Assembly (NCBI GenBank): GCA_043228905.1
Contig: JBHGNT010000010.1
Span: 2,790,001-2,854,000 of the forward strand
Source of the DNA: Azolla caroliniana
Lineage: Eukaryota > Plantae > Polypodiophyta
DNA length: 64,000 bases
Direction of reading: 5' to 3'
In this document: positions 25,130 through 36,975 of the stretch, one piece after another
Position numbering within the stretch: the stretch's first letter is position 1
Layout of the letters: each line of letters starts with the position of its first letter
Made by a program: the position numbers and the translations under genes
The notes under the pieces: generated by a model
The model's input: only the letters and a program-made list of their open reading frames with translations
Database searches by the model: none
What the model was told of the DNA's origin: nothing

Positions 25130-25605
25130 TTGAAGAACGAAGAACGTCGTATTAAAAAGTATGGCAATCTTCATTACATTCAGGATAAAATGAAACACAA
25201 TAAAGCAATGAACGTATTACGAAGAATAAGATCGCTATAGAAACAAATATACCTTGTCCATTAAATTAGTCTGAAGATCTTTCTCCATTGATTGTACAGA
25301 AGGAGAAAAATACAGCTTTCCCTGAGATGGAGACACGAGTTCTGTGAAAGGAACACAGACAGACCGAGATAGCGTAAATACAAAATGATGCAAAAAGAAC
25401 CGTCCTAAATGTTTATACAACGTTATCAAGGAGGGGAAACCTACGGTGAAAAGCTCAGGGAGGAGATATACGTACCTGCAGCGAGATGATGTTGATGACG
25501 ATGGTGAGCGAGAGGCCGAGACGAAGAACAAATTGAGAAGAGGAATGTCAAGAAAAACAGAAGAAGGAAGGAGGTGGAGGAGGAGGAGGAGGAGAGAGGA
25601 AGCAT
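24880..25605 (-). CDS. Putative small secreted peptide precursor (129 aa, DY-motif sulfopeptide-like), 3 exons: 25605-25476, 25341-25253, 25050-24880
   Basis: Spliced translation MLPLSSSSSSTSFLLLFFLTFLFSICSSSRPLAHHRHQHHLAAELVSPSQGKLYFSPSVQSMEKDLQTNLMDKDKDDMPFVPAHIQDVSDQIRINVNLLHSRRRKMLRTEERTTTQGVVHTDYVCADSC*. Splice sites GCAG|GTACG, TTCACAG|, AAG|GTATA and CCTTGCAG| keep the frame open. Confidence 0.7.
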
Positions 25606-25891
25606 GTTAGCAGGCTATGGCGAAACTCAAAGATATAGAAGGAAATAGGAAGGAAAAAGATGGAGGAGGAGGAGGAGGAGGAGATAGGAGTTGGCTATGG
25701 CGAAGCTCAGAGGAGGTATGAGAAGGAAAGAGAAAGGGAAAAAAGCTCGAGTCGCAGGCGGAGGAGATACGTGTTGTTTGGCTATGGCGGAACTCAAGAG
25801 AGATATATATGTATGTATTTTAAGAAGGATATGGAAATAGAAAGGAAAAGGATAGAGCCCGGGTTTGTATAGTGGTGGATGACTTTATCTA

Positions 25892-25919
25892 CGTGGCAAG
25901 CCCTGATTGGGACACGTCA
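25892..25919 (-). promoter_or_regulatory. ERSE-like CCAAT-N9-CCACG plus adjacent TGACGTG (ACGT-core) element
   Basis: Minus strand reads TGACGTGTC-CCAAT-cagggcttg-CCACG, ~290 bp upstream of the peptide ATG. Confidence 0.45.
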
Positions 25920-26634
25920 ACGTTGACTGTGAATGCCAAAAAATACATTCAAATATACATGCATATATATACATACATACATATACATATATATACATAC
26001 ATACATATACATATATATATATATATACGTATGTATGTATGTATGTATGTATGTAGACAAGAAACAAAATATCCATATACCTTATATATATATATCGATA
26101 GAAATAAAAATATCCATCTAATCCACCTACACTATATATATGTATGTATGTGTGTGTGTGTATATATATAGAGAGAGAGATCTAGTTAGCTATATCTGTA
26201 TCACACACACACACACACACACATGAGAGGGAACTTTTTGAGATCCTCGGCCGGCTGTAGCCGTCCACAGCCCACTTCGCCATAAGCCTGCGTTCGTTCT
26301 GAATTGAACGCCTCCCTCCAAATACCTGCATGCTTAATTCGCCATTATATGAAATGACGACATGCCCCGCTTTGTGTCAAGCTCCCGTCCACTCCCCTTA
26401 GCAATATGCACCTGTCACCCCAATGTCAAGTTGATCCGACTTCTCGAAATACTTTTAAATCCCCCCCGGTCGATATACGCTGCTCCTACTCACTCACCCA
26501 ATCATGCAGTCAATGTCGCAGTGCCTCGTTTCCTCTAGTCACATGTCCCCCCCCCCCTTACATCGTCATCTTGTTGCTTTTAGTCCATGTCTACAAAGGA
26601 TAACATGTTCCGCCATGTTGTTCGCCCGAAACCA

Positions 26635-26800
26635 CACCACAATCTATACCTAGTTTCTGTAAAACGTCTCTTCCGTATGTAGCTGTTGAGTTTCCTTGGA
26701 GAAATGTTTACATATACCATGTTGTCTGCTCGAAACCACACCACAATCTATACCTAGTTTCCATAAAACTTCTCTTTACTATGTGGTCGAGTTTCCTTGC
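26635..26800. repeat. ~84-bp tandem duplication
   Basis: catgttgt..cgaaaccacaccacaatctatacctagtttc at ~26635 and ~26719. Confidence 0.75.
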
Positions 26801-27446
26801 ATACGTATTTACATCTACCAAGTTGTTTGGAAATTCAAGTGCCATTTTAGTGAATGAGGTCATCTTTTGCCTAAACATTGATCCCCATGATTGAAGATGC
26901 TATCAACTCACATTTATTTATTATATCCATAAAGTAGTGAGTATCTTAAAAGAACATGACAATACATAATTCCCTTGTTCACCCTACTACAATAATCAGA
27001 ATCTTATGGTAAGGTAAACATTTAAGGTGTCGCAATATTGGTAGTCATAATGACAACTCATACAAGGGCAAGGTGGCCATAGAGCTCAATTGAGAGAATT
27101 GGCAAATCAATTATCCTTTCAACCTACATAGATGTTATGGTACCACATGGATACCATAATAGAAGAACCCAATTGCAATTGTGCCATAGAGCCCAATACC
27201 TAAGTTAGGTAGTCATCACTACTTATTATGATGGCAAGGGTAAAGTTGTAACATAGTAACACAAATGTCTTTAACAACTAGATGTGGAACGAAATTGTGA
27301 TTCACCTCCTCTAGAATCATGTATAATAAAGATATGTTGTCCCATCTGGATTGTGAATGTCGTGTATTTTTGGTCTCATAGGTCATATTTGACCTCCGAA
27401 GAGGATAATAGAATCTCAATCTCAATCAATCTCTCGTAATTAGTTT

Positions 27447-27627
27447 ACCCTAGTGGTAAGTTGTTAACATGACAACCACTACATGTTAGGTTCAATACTC
27501 AATTTTCTCACCTCTTTATTATATACTTCATACATATCTCTTAATTCACTGGATGCATGTGTGGAATGTAGGGGTTAAACCCATGACCACCTGGTTTCCA
27601 TTGGGCAACCTTACCAACTAAGCTACA
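27447..27627. mobile_element. Short dispersed element with tRNA-like heads at both ends (related to 8190-8655)
   Basis: Plus: CCCTAGTGGTAAG...GGTTCAATAC. Minus: TAGCTTAGTTGGTAAG...GGTCATGGGTTTAACCCC. Confidence 0.5.
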
Positions 27628-27719
27628 TCCATCTAGACTACATATTGTTTCAAAGTGACAACGAAGGGTTACAATGCATTTGATCATATATGCAATGGTG
27701 GTGAACTTAAATGTCTTGT

Positions 27720-28200
27720 TTCTCAAGAAAAAACTCTTTAAAACTTTGGAAACATGACTTGCTGCTATATGGGGTTGAAATATGGAACTATACTAATTCT
27801 ATTTGGAAAGAGTTTGAAAATGTCCAAAATCTCATTCTTATGAAGTTTTTTCGAGCCAAGCTACAAACACCACACATGCTCCTATTTCCTAAGGCCAAAA
27901 TCACTTCCCATTTGGATCACGACAATGGAAATGGATGTTTAATGCATACTCATATTTTACAAAAGCCCTCGCATCAACTTCCTAGTATATGTGATGGATC
28001 CCACCATCCCTCTATATACCATTTGCACCATTGCTTCCATAAAACTTAGCTTGCATTCTCTTCAATCTAACATGGGGGTGTTGGGGAAGATGTGAGGAGA
28101 TTCATCGAATATGCATATTTTTGCCTTGAACAAGTTTATGAGTTTGAGTATCACATTTTGATACGATGTTCTATGTTGGAACAAATTTGGGTTTACTTTC
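27720..28200 (+). mobile_element. Degenerate LINE ORF2 C-terminal remnant (paralog at ~42220-42640)
   Basis: LLYGVEIW...WKEFENVQ and CLEQVYEFEYHILIRC resemble post-RT and CCHC regions of non-LTR elements. Confidence 0.45.
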
Positions 28201-31200
28201 CATACATTGACAATATGGTCCACTCCAAACAATCCTCTCGTAGTCAAAATATGCACTCTCAATTGCAACATTCATTAGTAAAGTTGTTGAGCATTAGAAT
28301 TCACCACTCAATTGTAGACCTACTATGTGAAAATGATTTAGTTTTGACACCTTATGTCATATCTAACTTCCAAGGACAATAATGAAATATATTTAGATCT
28401 ATCTCTCTCCCATGTCATGGTATTAGAGGAGTTAATAAAAACTAATTCTCCATAACCCTTTTTGTTAAGAGCATAATTGTAATTGTAGTTCTCTAAACTT
28501 AGGGTTGGATGTGGCCTCAATAATAAGGAATGAACGTTAAGGATTGAGTTATTCTTAATCCTATGGTGGGAGATAACTTTGGAGTGTTTCATCACTTGAT
28601 CAATTATAATAGAATAGTCAAGTTTGAAATAGACAAGGGCGTAGGGTTTGAAATAGACAAGGGCGTAATATGAGAAGGCTAATTACCTTCATTAAGGGGA
28701 TAATCTTTCTTATTTTGATAGGAACTCTAATAGCATGGCAAAGCTCTAGCTTCATACAAGTGTGTCTCCTTCGTCTTGAACCCAAGGCACGATGATTGAT
28801 CCATGTCTGAGCTCAATGGTATGGGGCACAAATGGGACTCAGATCTATCTTCATCTTCGCTAGAGGATGATTAGGTGGTCTAGCATCCGTTCTTCCTTAT
28901 TTATTCCTAATTTTTGCATAATGTGTTTTGGGGCAGACCGAATGTTAGAAGTCTTGTTGTTAACTATGAATGCATAGTGTTCATATTGTCAGATAATTCC
29001 CAAGTAGGTAAATAAGTGATAAATGTTTGCAATTATGTGTAAGCTTCTATAGGAATATGTGTGAGATGTTCTTCGAAAGATTGATGGCAATAAGTTTCAC
29101 ATTTACATTAAGGTATTTTCAGTAAGTCTTGTTTTTATAATAGAAAATGTGGCCATTCACATCATGGGTTACACATTATGATTATACATGTAACATGACA
29201 TGAGAAGGAAATATTATCAGCAATGACTAGCTCACAACTAGACGGACTATAGTTCACAACTTGATTGAAATAGGAAAATAGACATCTGTATTTGATTTAT
29301 GTAATGATGTATCCTCATAGTTGAAATCAAACAGATTGCCCTTTCACAATAAAAGAGAGAGCAAATCACTCAATTGGTCAACTGTACCACCTATACCTAT
29401 TTAGTCATATATGTCACGTTTTCCCATTCAACCTTATAGAGCCTATTAAGGTGGACTCGTGGTTAGTACTTCCTACAATTATTATTGGTCACCACCTTAA
29501 TTAAATTTTCTTATAGAGGATGTGTTCATGTGCTGATGATGTGACTATGTTTGCTACACATGTACATATAGTTGATCTCCTTGCCTAGTACACTCATATA
29601 TGCACTGTGATGGTATAGGTAGTGTGTCACGCCTTAGGAAATCATCATACAATAGAATGGCAAATTAGACATTTGTAGACAACCCATCTTTAATTATATT
29701 GCATTGTATTCAATGGTGAAGATAGCACTTCGCAAAACGTGATATAGATATTATCATCTTTGAAATATAACACTCTAAAAATATTGGTACGCGTCAAACC
29801 GAAAGTTTTGATTCTAAACCTAATACATTAGATGTAGACGTGTTGTAAGACTATACGACAACCATTTTTTTATCATCATTTCATTTATGTTCCAATGATA
29901 AGAACCCTAATAAGTAAGTAATATTTACCAAGCCTTTCTTCCATAGTTATGCGTGGTGACAAGGCCAACACATAACGACTACTTACAAAAACGATAACTA
30001 TTTTTTATGGTGAAATGTATTCGGTTAACTCATGTCAAAAGCTCCAAGACAAAATGCTTAATTTTCAATCAATTTGAGTTGGGTTATTTCGTTATTATAA
30101 TCAAGTTGCATAGTTACGAAGCTACCGTTACATATTTGGATAACTTTTGGTGTAGCCTCATTTTCATTGATCTAAGTCAGTCTTCTTAGTGTTATATCAA
30201 CCAACAAACGTAAGAAACAACACCCAAACTTTGGATAATTGTTTGACTATCAATGCTTTCTTAAATTGTATTGACAAGAGATTATTGTACCTTGTTGCAC
30301 ATAATCATTTAGTGCAATTCTCCCAATTGAAACATATTTTTTCAATTTCATAATAACCTTATCATACATAGTTAATAGTTAACATAGTTCATCATTATAA
30401 TCATTCCAACTGAGCTCGTCCAATAATAGCATTGTTGTTCCAACAAACTTAAGGTAAAAGAAAATGGGCAAAACATAAAAAACAATGTCATGATTCTAAA
30501 CAACCTTCTAAACGACATAAAAGTGAGTTGGCACGATTTCATCAAAGCATAAAAATAAGGGGTGACAAAGATATTCCACGGTCTCAAGGTGAGTAGTGTT
30601 CAAATATGTAATTGAGTGAGAATCTTGACATGTTGAATACGAACAACATTCAAACAAGGCAGGCTTCTCTCTTGGACAACATCCACATTTCTTAATGGCA
30701 CATGGCATGGAGAAACAACCTTCATCTACCTTTTCCTCCCCCACCCACCCTTATTCAAAAAGGCTTTTGTAACATTTGAAAAGACAAACCTTGGGTTTGA
30801 CATCCTATAAAATGAAAAATTAATAGAAAATCAACCCTGCGGCCCACTCATCAAAGATGCACCCTCTTATAATACCAAGAAGTTGACTCACCTTCCATTT
30901 TATAAATATTATCATTCACCTTTAAAGATTTTATTATTGTTTCAATAATACCTTCTTAAAAGTTCCTTGCTCACAACTTTGCATGTCGAAGGAATTGAGT
31001 AAACAAATGTTTTACTTGATTCTATATTTCTTTGTTTTGTTGGCTACGTTGCTCCAATGTACACCATAGATTCATAGATACACCGATTTGAATTACAATA
31101 TAAGAACTTGCATGCAATATAAAGCCCACATGTTTTTTGATTTTCTAGCACTACAAACATTTCAGAAACATCACAATATAATTACATGCTTAATTGCATA

Positions 31201-33585
31201 TGAGGTAGGCCAACACTAAAAGACACATGAGCCTAATGTCCAAAATATGTATTTGCAAAGTCATCAATCAATTGGGTCATCTTTAATGAAAATGTATGGT
31301 TGAAGAACAAAGTTGTCTTGGTTATCAATGAAGAATTGCAATGAAGGTTAAAGCATATCGGCTCAACATTGTAGGTATACATCCTACACAAAGCTACCAA
31401 GGTGTCAAGTGTGAATGCTTTAAGCATCAAAGGTGCGTATGATTAATATTGCTCCCATTTTGTATGCAATGAATCATACAAGGCTTACTAACATATTGCA
31501 AGTCATATTAAAGTTCATTGGATTTAATAACTTGAGTGGCCATAATAACCGCAAATCTGGCCCGTAATACTAGTAGCTCCCATAACATAAACCATTATAT
31601 TCCATCTTTGTCCCATCCATAATTGTTCTATATCTTACTTGGGCTCTTAGTCTATTCAATTTTTTTTACCAAACTAAAATTATGTTAACACCACACACCC
31701 CACTTCGAGCATGAATACCTTCATAAATCGCCTTCGACCTAAAAAATGAGGTGGAGACGCAAAACCACCCAACCTTTGATAGTTTGTTAAAATAAATCCT
31801 CAAATGACAAAAAATACACATCAACATTGTGGAGCGATGCCACACCATCCAAACAATTTCTAAATCAATCGTGGTGACAACATTGTTACCAAACAAATTA
31901 ACCATGGTAATAATGTTGATCCCACATCATCCAAGAAATTCCATCAATCAAACCATGGTGACAAACATTATAACCAGACAAATTTAACATGGTAACAACA
32001 ATATTTACCAGATAAATTCTGTATCCTGGGGTAACCCACAAAAAACATGCCCAACTTCACTTTGATTTCTTCGCATATAAGTCAACAAATGAAAACTCTT
32101 AGAACTATCTTCCTACACATGGCCACAGACAATTTATGAAATCAAGAAGAGCTACTGAAAGTATCACCACAGTAAATCTACAAAGTCAGACTATTTGATG
32201 GGATCCACACTCTAAGATGTACCCTCACTGAAACCTAGTCTTTAAAATTCATAACAAAACGAGCTTATAAACAATAAACCTATCTCTTAAAGAGTAGGGG
32301 TCAAATATTTAGAGTCAAAACTACTTCTCCTTAAACCTCGAGTTACGAGTAGGGTTTATTATGTTCATGGCCAAGGTTATTTGATTCTCTACAGAAAGAC
32401 CACTTATGAGTAAAGTAACGCATGTAAACAACACTATACATGCAAATACACATGTAATACACACGTACATAAACATCAGGCATTAAAGGGTCTACAGAGA
32501 GCACATAGACAATATATATATGCAAATAGACAATCATAGGTACCGGATACATATTGCCAGATTTTCTTAACATTTATGCAGACAAACATACATGTCGGAC
32601 ATTACCAGATTTTTGAACATGCATTTGTAAATTACTCGTCTATCAAGTGACAATTATAAACATGCAGGTGAAAGTATATAAACACACGTACATGGTTCAA
32701 CATTATGGTCTTCCCAGGAGACAAAATTGTTTAGCAATTATGTGTATATGCAGATACATACACAACCTACATTACAGCATATCAGGAAAGCAATTTTATG
32801 GTCTAAGACTCTGGATAATAGCATTTGAATTATTTATATACGCAAAAGCGTGTCTATTACAAGATTTTCAAAACAATACTTCATTCAGAACGCTTACTGT
32901 TATATAATTGTTCACAACAGACAGGATGATATGCATATAATGACGACTATAGTGTTCAAACATGGACTTCAAAAAGCAGGCATGAACGCTGTTTCTGAAC
33001 ATGAGTGTGCATGCAGAGAATAATACAAGAAAATGTCAAGATGTGAGAATCTGCGAAACCAGTTGAGCTAGATAGGAAAATAAGAATGCCGTAATAAATA
33101 AATTTGTTCGGTAGTTATGAAAAACTCTATAAAACAATGCTTGGATCTAAAGTATATGCTTTATAATACCGTATTAAATTTACACAAAATATATGCCTCG
33201 AAAAATCTTTGCTTTCAATCTAGGTGAAGAAGTGGAGCAGAATTATGAAAGCCATATGAGGATCAACGAAAACGTTGTCTAAGTCTACTGCGCTGAGCAA
33301 AAGGTTTCTTTTAGATCTAAAAATGCTAAAGCCATGCAAACTGTTTTCAACACAGGGAATGTAGAAATTCTTGCGGGAATTTGATCCAGTAAAGGATGCA
33401 AAAAGAGAGCGTATAAACTTCATAGACATACCTCTACGCACAGTATAACGAGTTATGATGAAGGGAAGATGGAAGGGAACATTCGTAAACTCTGATAGAG
33501 GAGAAGATTAAGAAGGAATATGAAAGAAGGCAGACGATGAAAGATTGGAGGAGAAGGCAGAAGAAAGGCGAGAAAGATGGTAACA

Positions 33586-34092
33586 TCAATTGCTGCTGTT
33601 CCACAAGAAGTTTCCAATGGCTATCTCCCGTTTCTGAGGGAGGGAGGAGGAGGGGTCGATAGGAAGACCATATTCTTCGAGGAGAAGGTCGAGCCTCCAC
33701 TCAGGCATGGATTCGTATTCGGATCGACGGTAGCGAGGGTAGTGGAGAGGCATCTGGAAGACGCAGGGGACGGAGGAGGAGGAGATCTGCCTGGCAGACA
33801 TGGAGGGGTAGGGGAAAGGAGGCGTTTCACGGAGGCGCGGGGAGGTGCAGGTCTCCAACTGCTGCTCCATGTGCAGGAGGTGCTGCTGGGAGCTGCTCCG
33901 TTTCTTGTCGGAGATGAGCCTGTGGACGGACTGCTCGAGGGAGGAAACGTGTCCGTAGAGGTCGGAAACGGCGACGGTCGCAGGGATGGACACAGGGGCC
34001 GGGTGATCTGCGCCATGGATAGGGTTAGAGTTAGGGTTAGGGTTAGGGTTAGGGTTAGGGTTTGCGGCCATGTCTGTTGCAGAAGGTTCCAT
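33586..34092 (-). CDS. DUF7722-type plant protein, copy A (168 aa, intronless)
   Basis: C-terminal FQMPLHYPRY...YESMPEWRLDLLLEEYGL...KREIAIGNFLW matches the conserved plant family (AT3G55570/AT5G55620-like, from memory). Confidence 0.85.
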   Translation of the reverse strand: MEPSATDMAANPNPNPNPNPNSNPIHGADHPAPVSIPATVAVSDLYGHVSSLEQSVHRLISDKKRSSSQQHLLHMEQQLETCTSPRLRETPPFPYPSMSARQISSSSVPCVFQMPLHYPRYRRSEYESMPEWRLDLLLEEYGLPIDPSSSLPQKREIAIGNFLWNSSN

Positions 34093-36975
34093 GGAAAGGA
34101 GAGAGAGGTTTCTTTTTTGTTTACTATGCTTTCCGCCTCCTCGTATTTATATATTTATGTTTTTCAGAATTAAGAAAAAAAAAAACAACTGATCAAATAA
34201 TTATTTATAACTTCAGCAATTAACTAATTATTCTCGTAATGTTAAATATTTAAAACGTTTGCTATATTTCCTAAACCTATGTGTCTTTTTTTCCTTCTTT
34301 TTTTTTGTAAATTTCGGATTTAAATCATTTAAATCCATTTCGTTTTTTTCTTTCTTTCTTCTTCTTCTTCTTTTTCCGTTGATTTTATTTTTCTTTCGTT
34401 TCAAAAAAAAGAACGAGTGAACAATAAAAATAAACAAATTAATACGTGTGGCTATGAACTGCCCCCCGTTTTTTATTTCTGTTTCACACTTGTCCGGACA
34501 ACATGTCTCTCTCTCTCTCTCTTACACTTGAAACTCGTGGCTACGAACTGCCGCTTCGTATTCACACCTGTCCGGACAATATCTCTATCTCTATGTATGA
34601 ACTATAAATGTATGGCTTCTATCGAACCCACATGTCCTTGCACTCACAGTTTATTCTTTCCATAACACCTTTGATCGTCCACACCCACCCACCCACGGCA
34701 CTCCTACGAACCCGAATGTCACCATCTCGTGTCATGCTCCTCTTCATTTTTTCTTTACCAGAAACACAATTGTTATTCACGTAGGAACTAGTAACATAAC
34801 CTTGAGGCTTCATTGCATGAATAGACCGCCCTTTGCACTTGTGGATACAAATACAATTTTTCATCCTTCTCTTAACGATATCCAGAATCATGTGCCATGC
34901 CATAACGATATCCTGGATCATGTGTTGTGCCACCTTTTTGCCTCATGTGTAGGTAGATGCACACTTTGGATCCGTGAGGCCCCTAAGATCTTAGTGCATG
35001 AAGAGGATCTCTTTTGCCTAACATAAAGTTGTGGATGCAAACACAAGTGGAATATTTCCTTGATTCCTCAAATCGTTGCCTCGGTCCTTATGCACATTCA
35101 ACTCCTTGACAAGGAGCTAGAAAGTTGGCATGGCACATTTTCTCTCAATATAGGACTCATTGGGTAGTAAATAGGAATGGGAACGAAGAGATGGGACACA
35201 TTCTCCTCATCCCGAACTTGACATTTTTGTTTTTGCTAGAAATGTCATATAGACAAACGAAGAAGAAAGAATAAGAGACATGTATTGAAAGAAAGTGAAA
35301 ATGAGAAAGGAAGCACATTGAAATTTCATATTGACATATATTGATGGATGAATTGTTTAAAGAAGGCATAAATAGTAATAGCTAAAAGTTTTGAGAGAGA
35401 TGAGTGAACGAAGTTCTCATTATATTCTCTTTTTTCTCCTATACACTTGGGATCTCGTAAGTCACAACCTCTCTCGTCGGTAATTCCGCCAAGTTTTGAT
35501 TTAGATGTAAGAGTTTAGCTATTAATGTCTACCAATCTTCTCATTGTGGACAATCATTCATGATGTTGTGGTCTATACCAAGGTATTTTACATGCGTGAT
35601 TCAATTTCAAGCAATGAATGCCTTGCCTCAATTATTTCATTTATGTTTCTACACACAATGAGCTATTCGTAGTAGTGTCTCTCCACAATCTTATGAGTAA
35701 TTTAGTATATTCAAATCTTATTACAATTCAACCAGAAACATGGTTGTCATCTAATTTATGAAATATTGATACAAATATTCTGTCTCCGCACATTTTGATT
35801 GGGCCTTACAACATCTCTCAAAGGGAAGGCGCTTTAATATACGCAGTAACATCTCTTTCATGCAAGGGACATGAGTATTTTGGAAGGAAATAAATTATTA
35901 ACGTTTATGTCGAGAGAGGGTAGTCAAAATACACCTTGGAATCTTACACCAACACATGTTACTCCTTACCGACAATATGCAAGCTATGTTATATATCACA
36001 AGTCAATGATGGTCATGATGTTCCTATTCATCTAAATCTAGTCTATGTAATTAGTGTAATGCTCAAATTGAAAGTAAAGGTGTTAGTATAGGTAAAACAA
36101 ATATCTACAGAGGGTTCATGTATCATTATTCATGTGATGATGTCAAATATGACATTAAATCACATAATGAGATGCCAATGGAGAATGAGATTTTCTTTCC
36201 AAAAGAAAACCATTTACAAATAATGGTGTTTAGCCTTGACTTAATGGCTTCTCTTTCTTTTGATGATTTTATATATTGTTTTATTAGACATGACCTTTTG
36301 TTGTTTTATATATTGCTCTAGAGCTCCTTTGGGCGAGTTCACCACATGTACAACCTTAAGTGGGCCACTCGCCTACATAAATCCCTTGGCTATCAACTCA
36401 CATTTTTTTCATTTACCATATCCGTAAAGTAGTTAGTATCTTAAAAGAACATGACAATACATAAACCCCTTGGTCATCCAACTACAATAATGAGAATCTT
36501 ATGGTAAGATAAACATCTAAGGTATCGTAATACTAGTTGACATAATGACAACTCATACAAGGACAAGGTGGGAATAGAGCTCAATTTTGAGGATTGGCAA
36601 ATCGATTATCCTTTCAACCTACATAGATGTTATGGTACTAGATGGAGCCATAAAAGAAAAACCCAATTCTCATCGTGTGATTGTGGCATAGAGATGAATG
36701 CCTAAGTTAAGTAGTCATACACTCCTTATTATAATGGCAAGGGTAAAGTGTGAACTATTTATTGAGTGAGTGCATATTGAAATGTTGACAACCATATAGC
36801 ATTTAACGATGCCTAAAGTTGCGAGATAGTAACACAAATGTCTTTAACAACTAGATGTGGAACGAAATTGTGATTTGCCTCCTTTAGAATCCTTGTATAG
36901 TAAAGATATGTTGTCCCATCTAGAATGTGAATGTGGTGTTTTAAATCCCCACTCTCAATCTATACTTTCTAACGT

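Larger units (their letters stand above)
26899..36300 (+). repeat. Tandem segmental duplication, copy A (~9.4 kb)
   Basis: Collinear with 36389-60741. Shared start gctatcaactcacattt and shared end catgacctttt; each copy holds one DUF7722 gene. Confidence 0.88.

Noticed and set aside
25451-25471. miR390-like AAGCTCAGG start
   Set aside because: Only the first 9 nt match and there is no star arm; it is part of the local repeated motif.
25235-25531. 98-aa ORF-track call
   Set aside because: It starts at TTG and runs through an intron; only 25253-25341 is used in the spliced peptide model.
25613-25796. CRISPR-like repeat-spacer appearance
   Set aside because: Eukaryotic context, only 3-4 short imperfect repeats, low-complexity spacers and no cas genes.
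27570-27627. Possible tRNA gene
   Set aside because: A/B-box-like motifs are present but I could not form a cloverleaf; treated as a tRNA-derived repeat.
33577-34173. 198-aa plus-strand ORF (197-aa paralog at 47206-47799)
   Set aside because: Antisense shadow of the GC-rich DUF7722 CDS; its conservation is explained by the sense gene.
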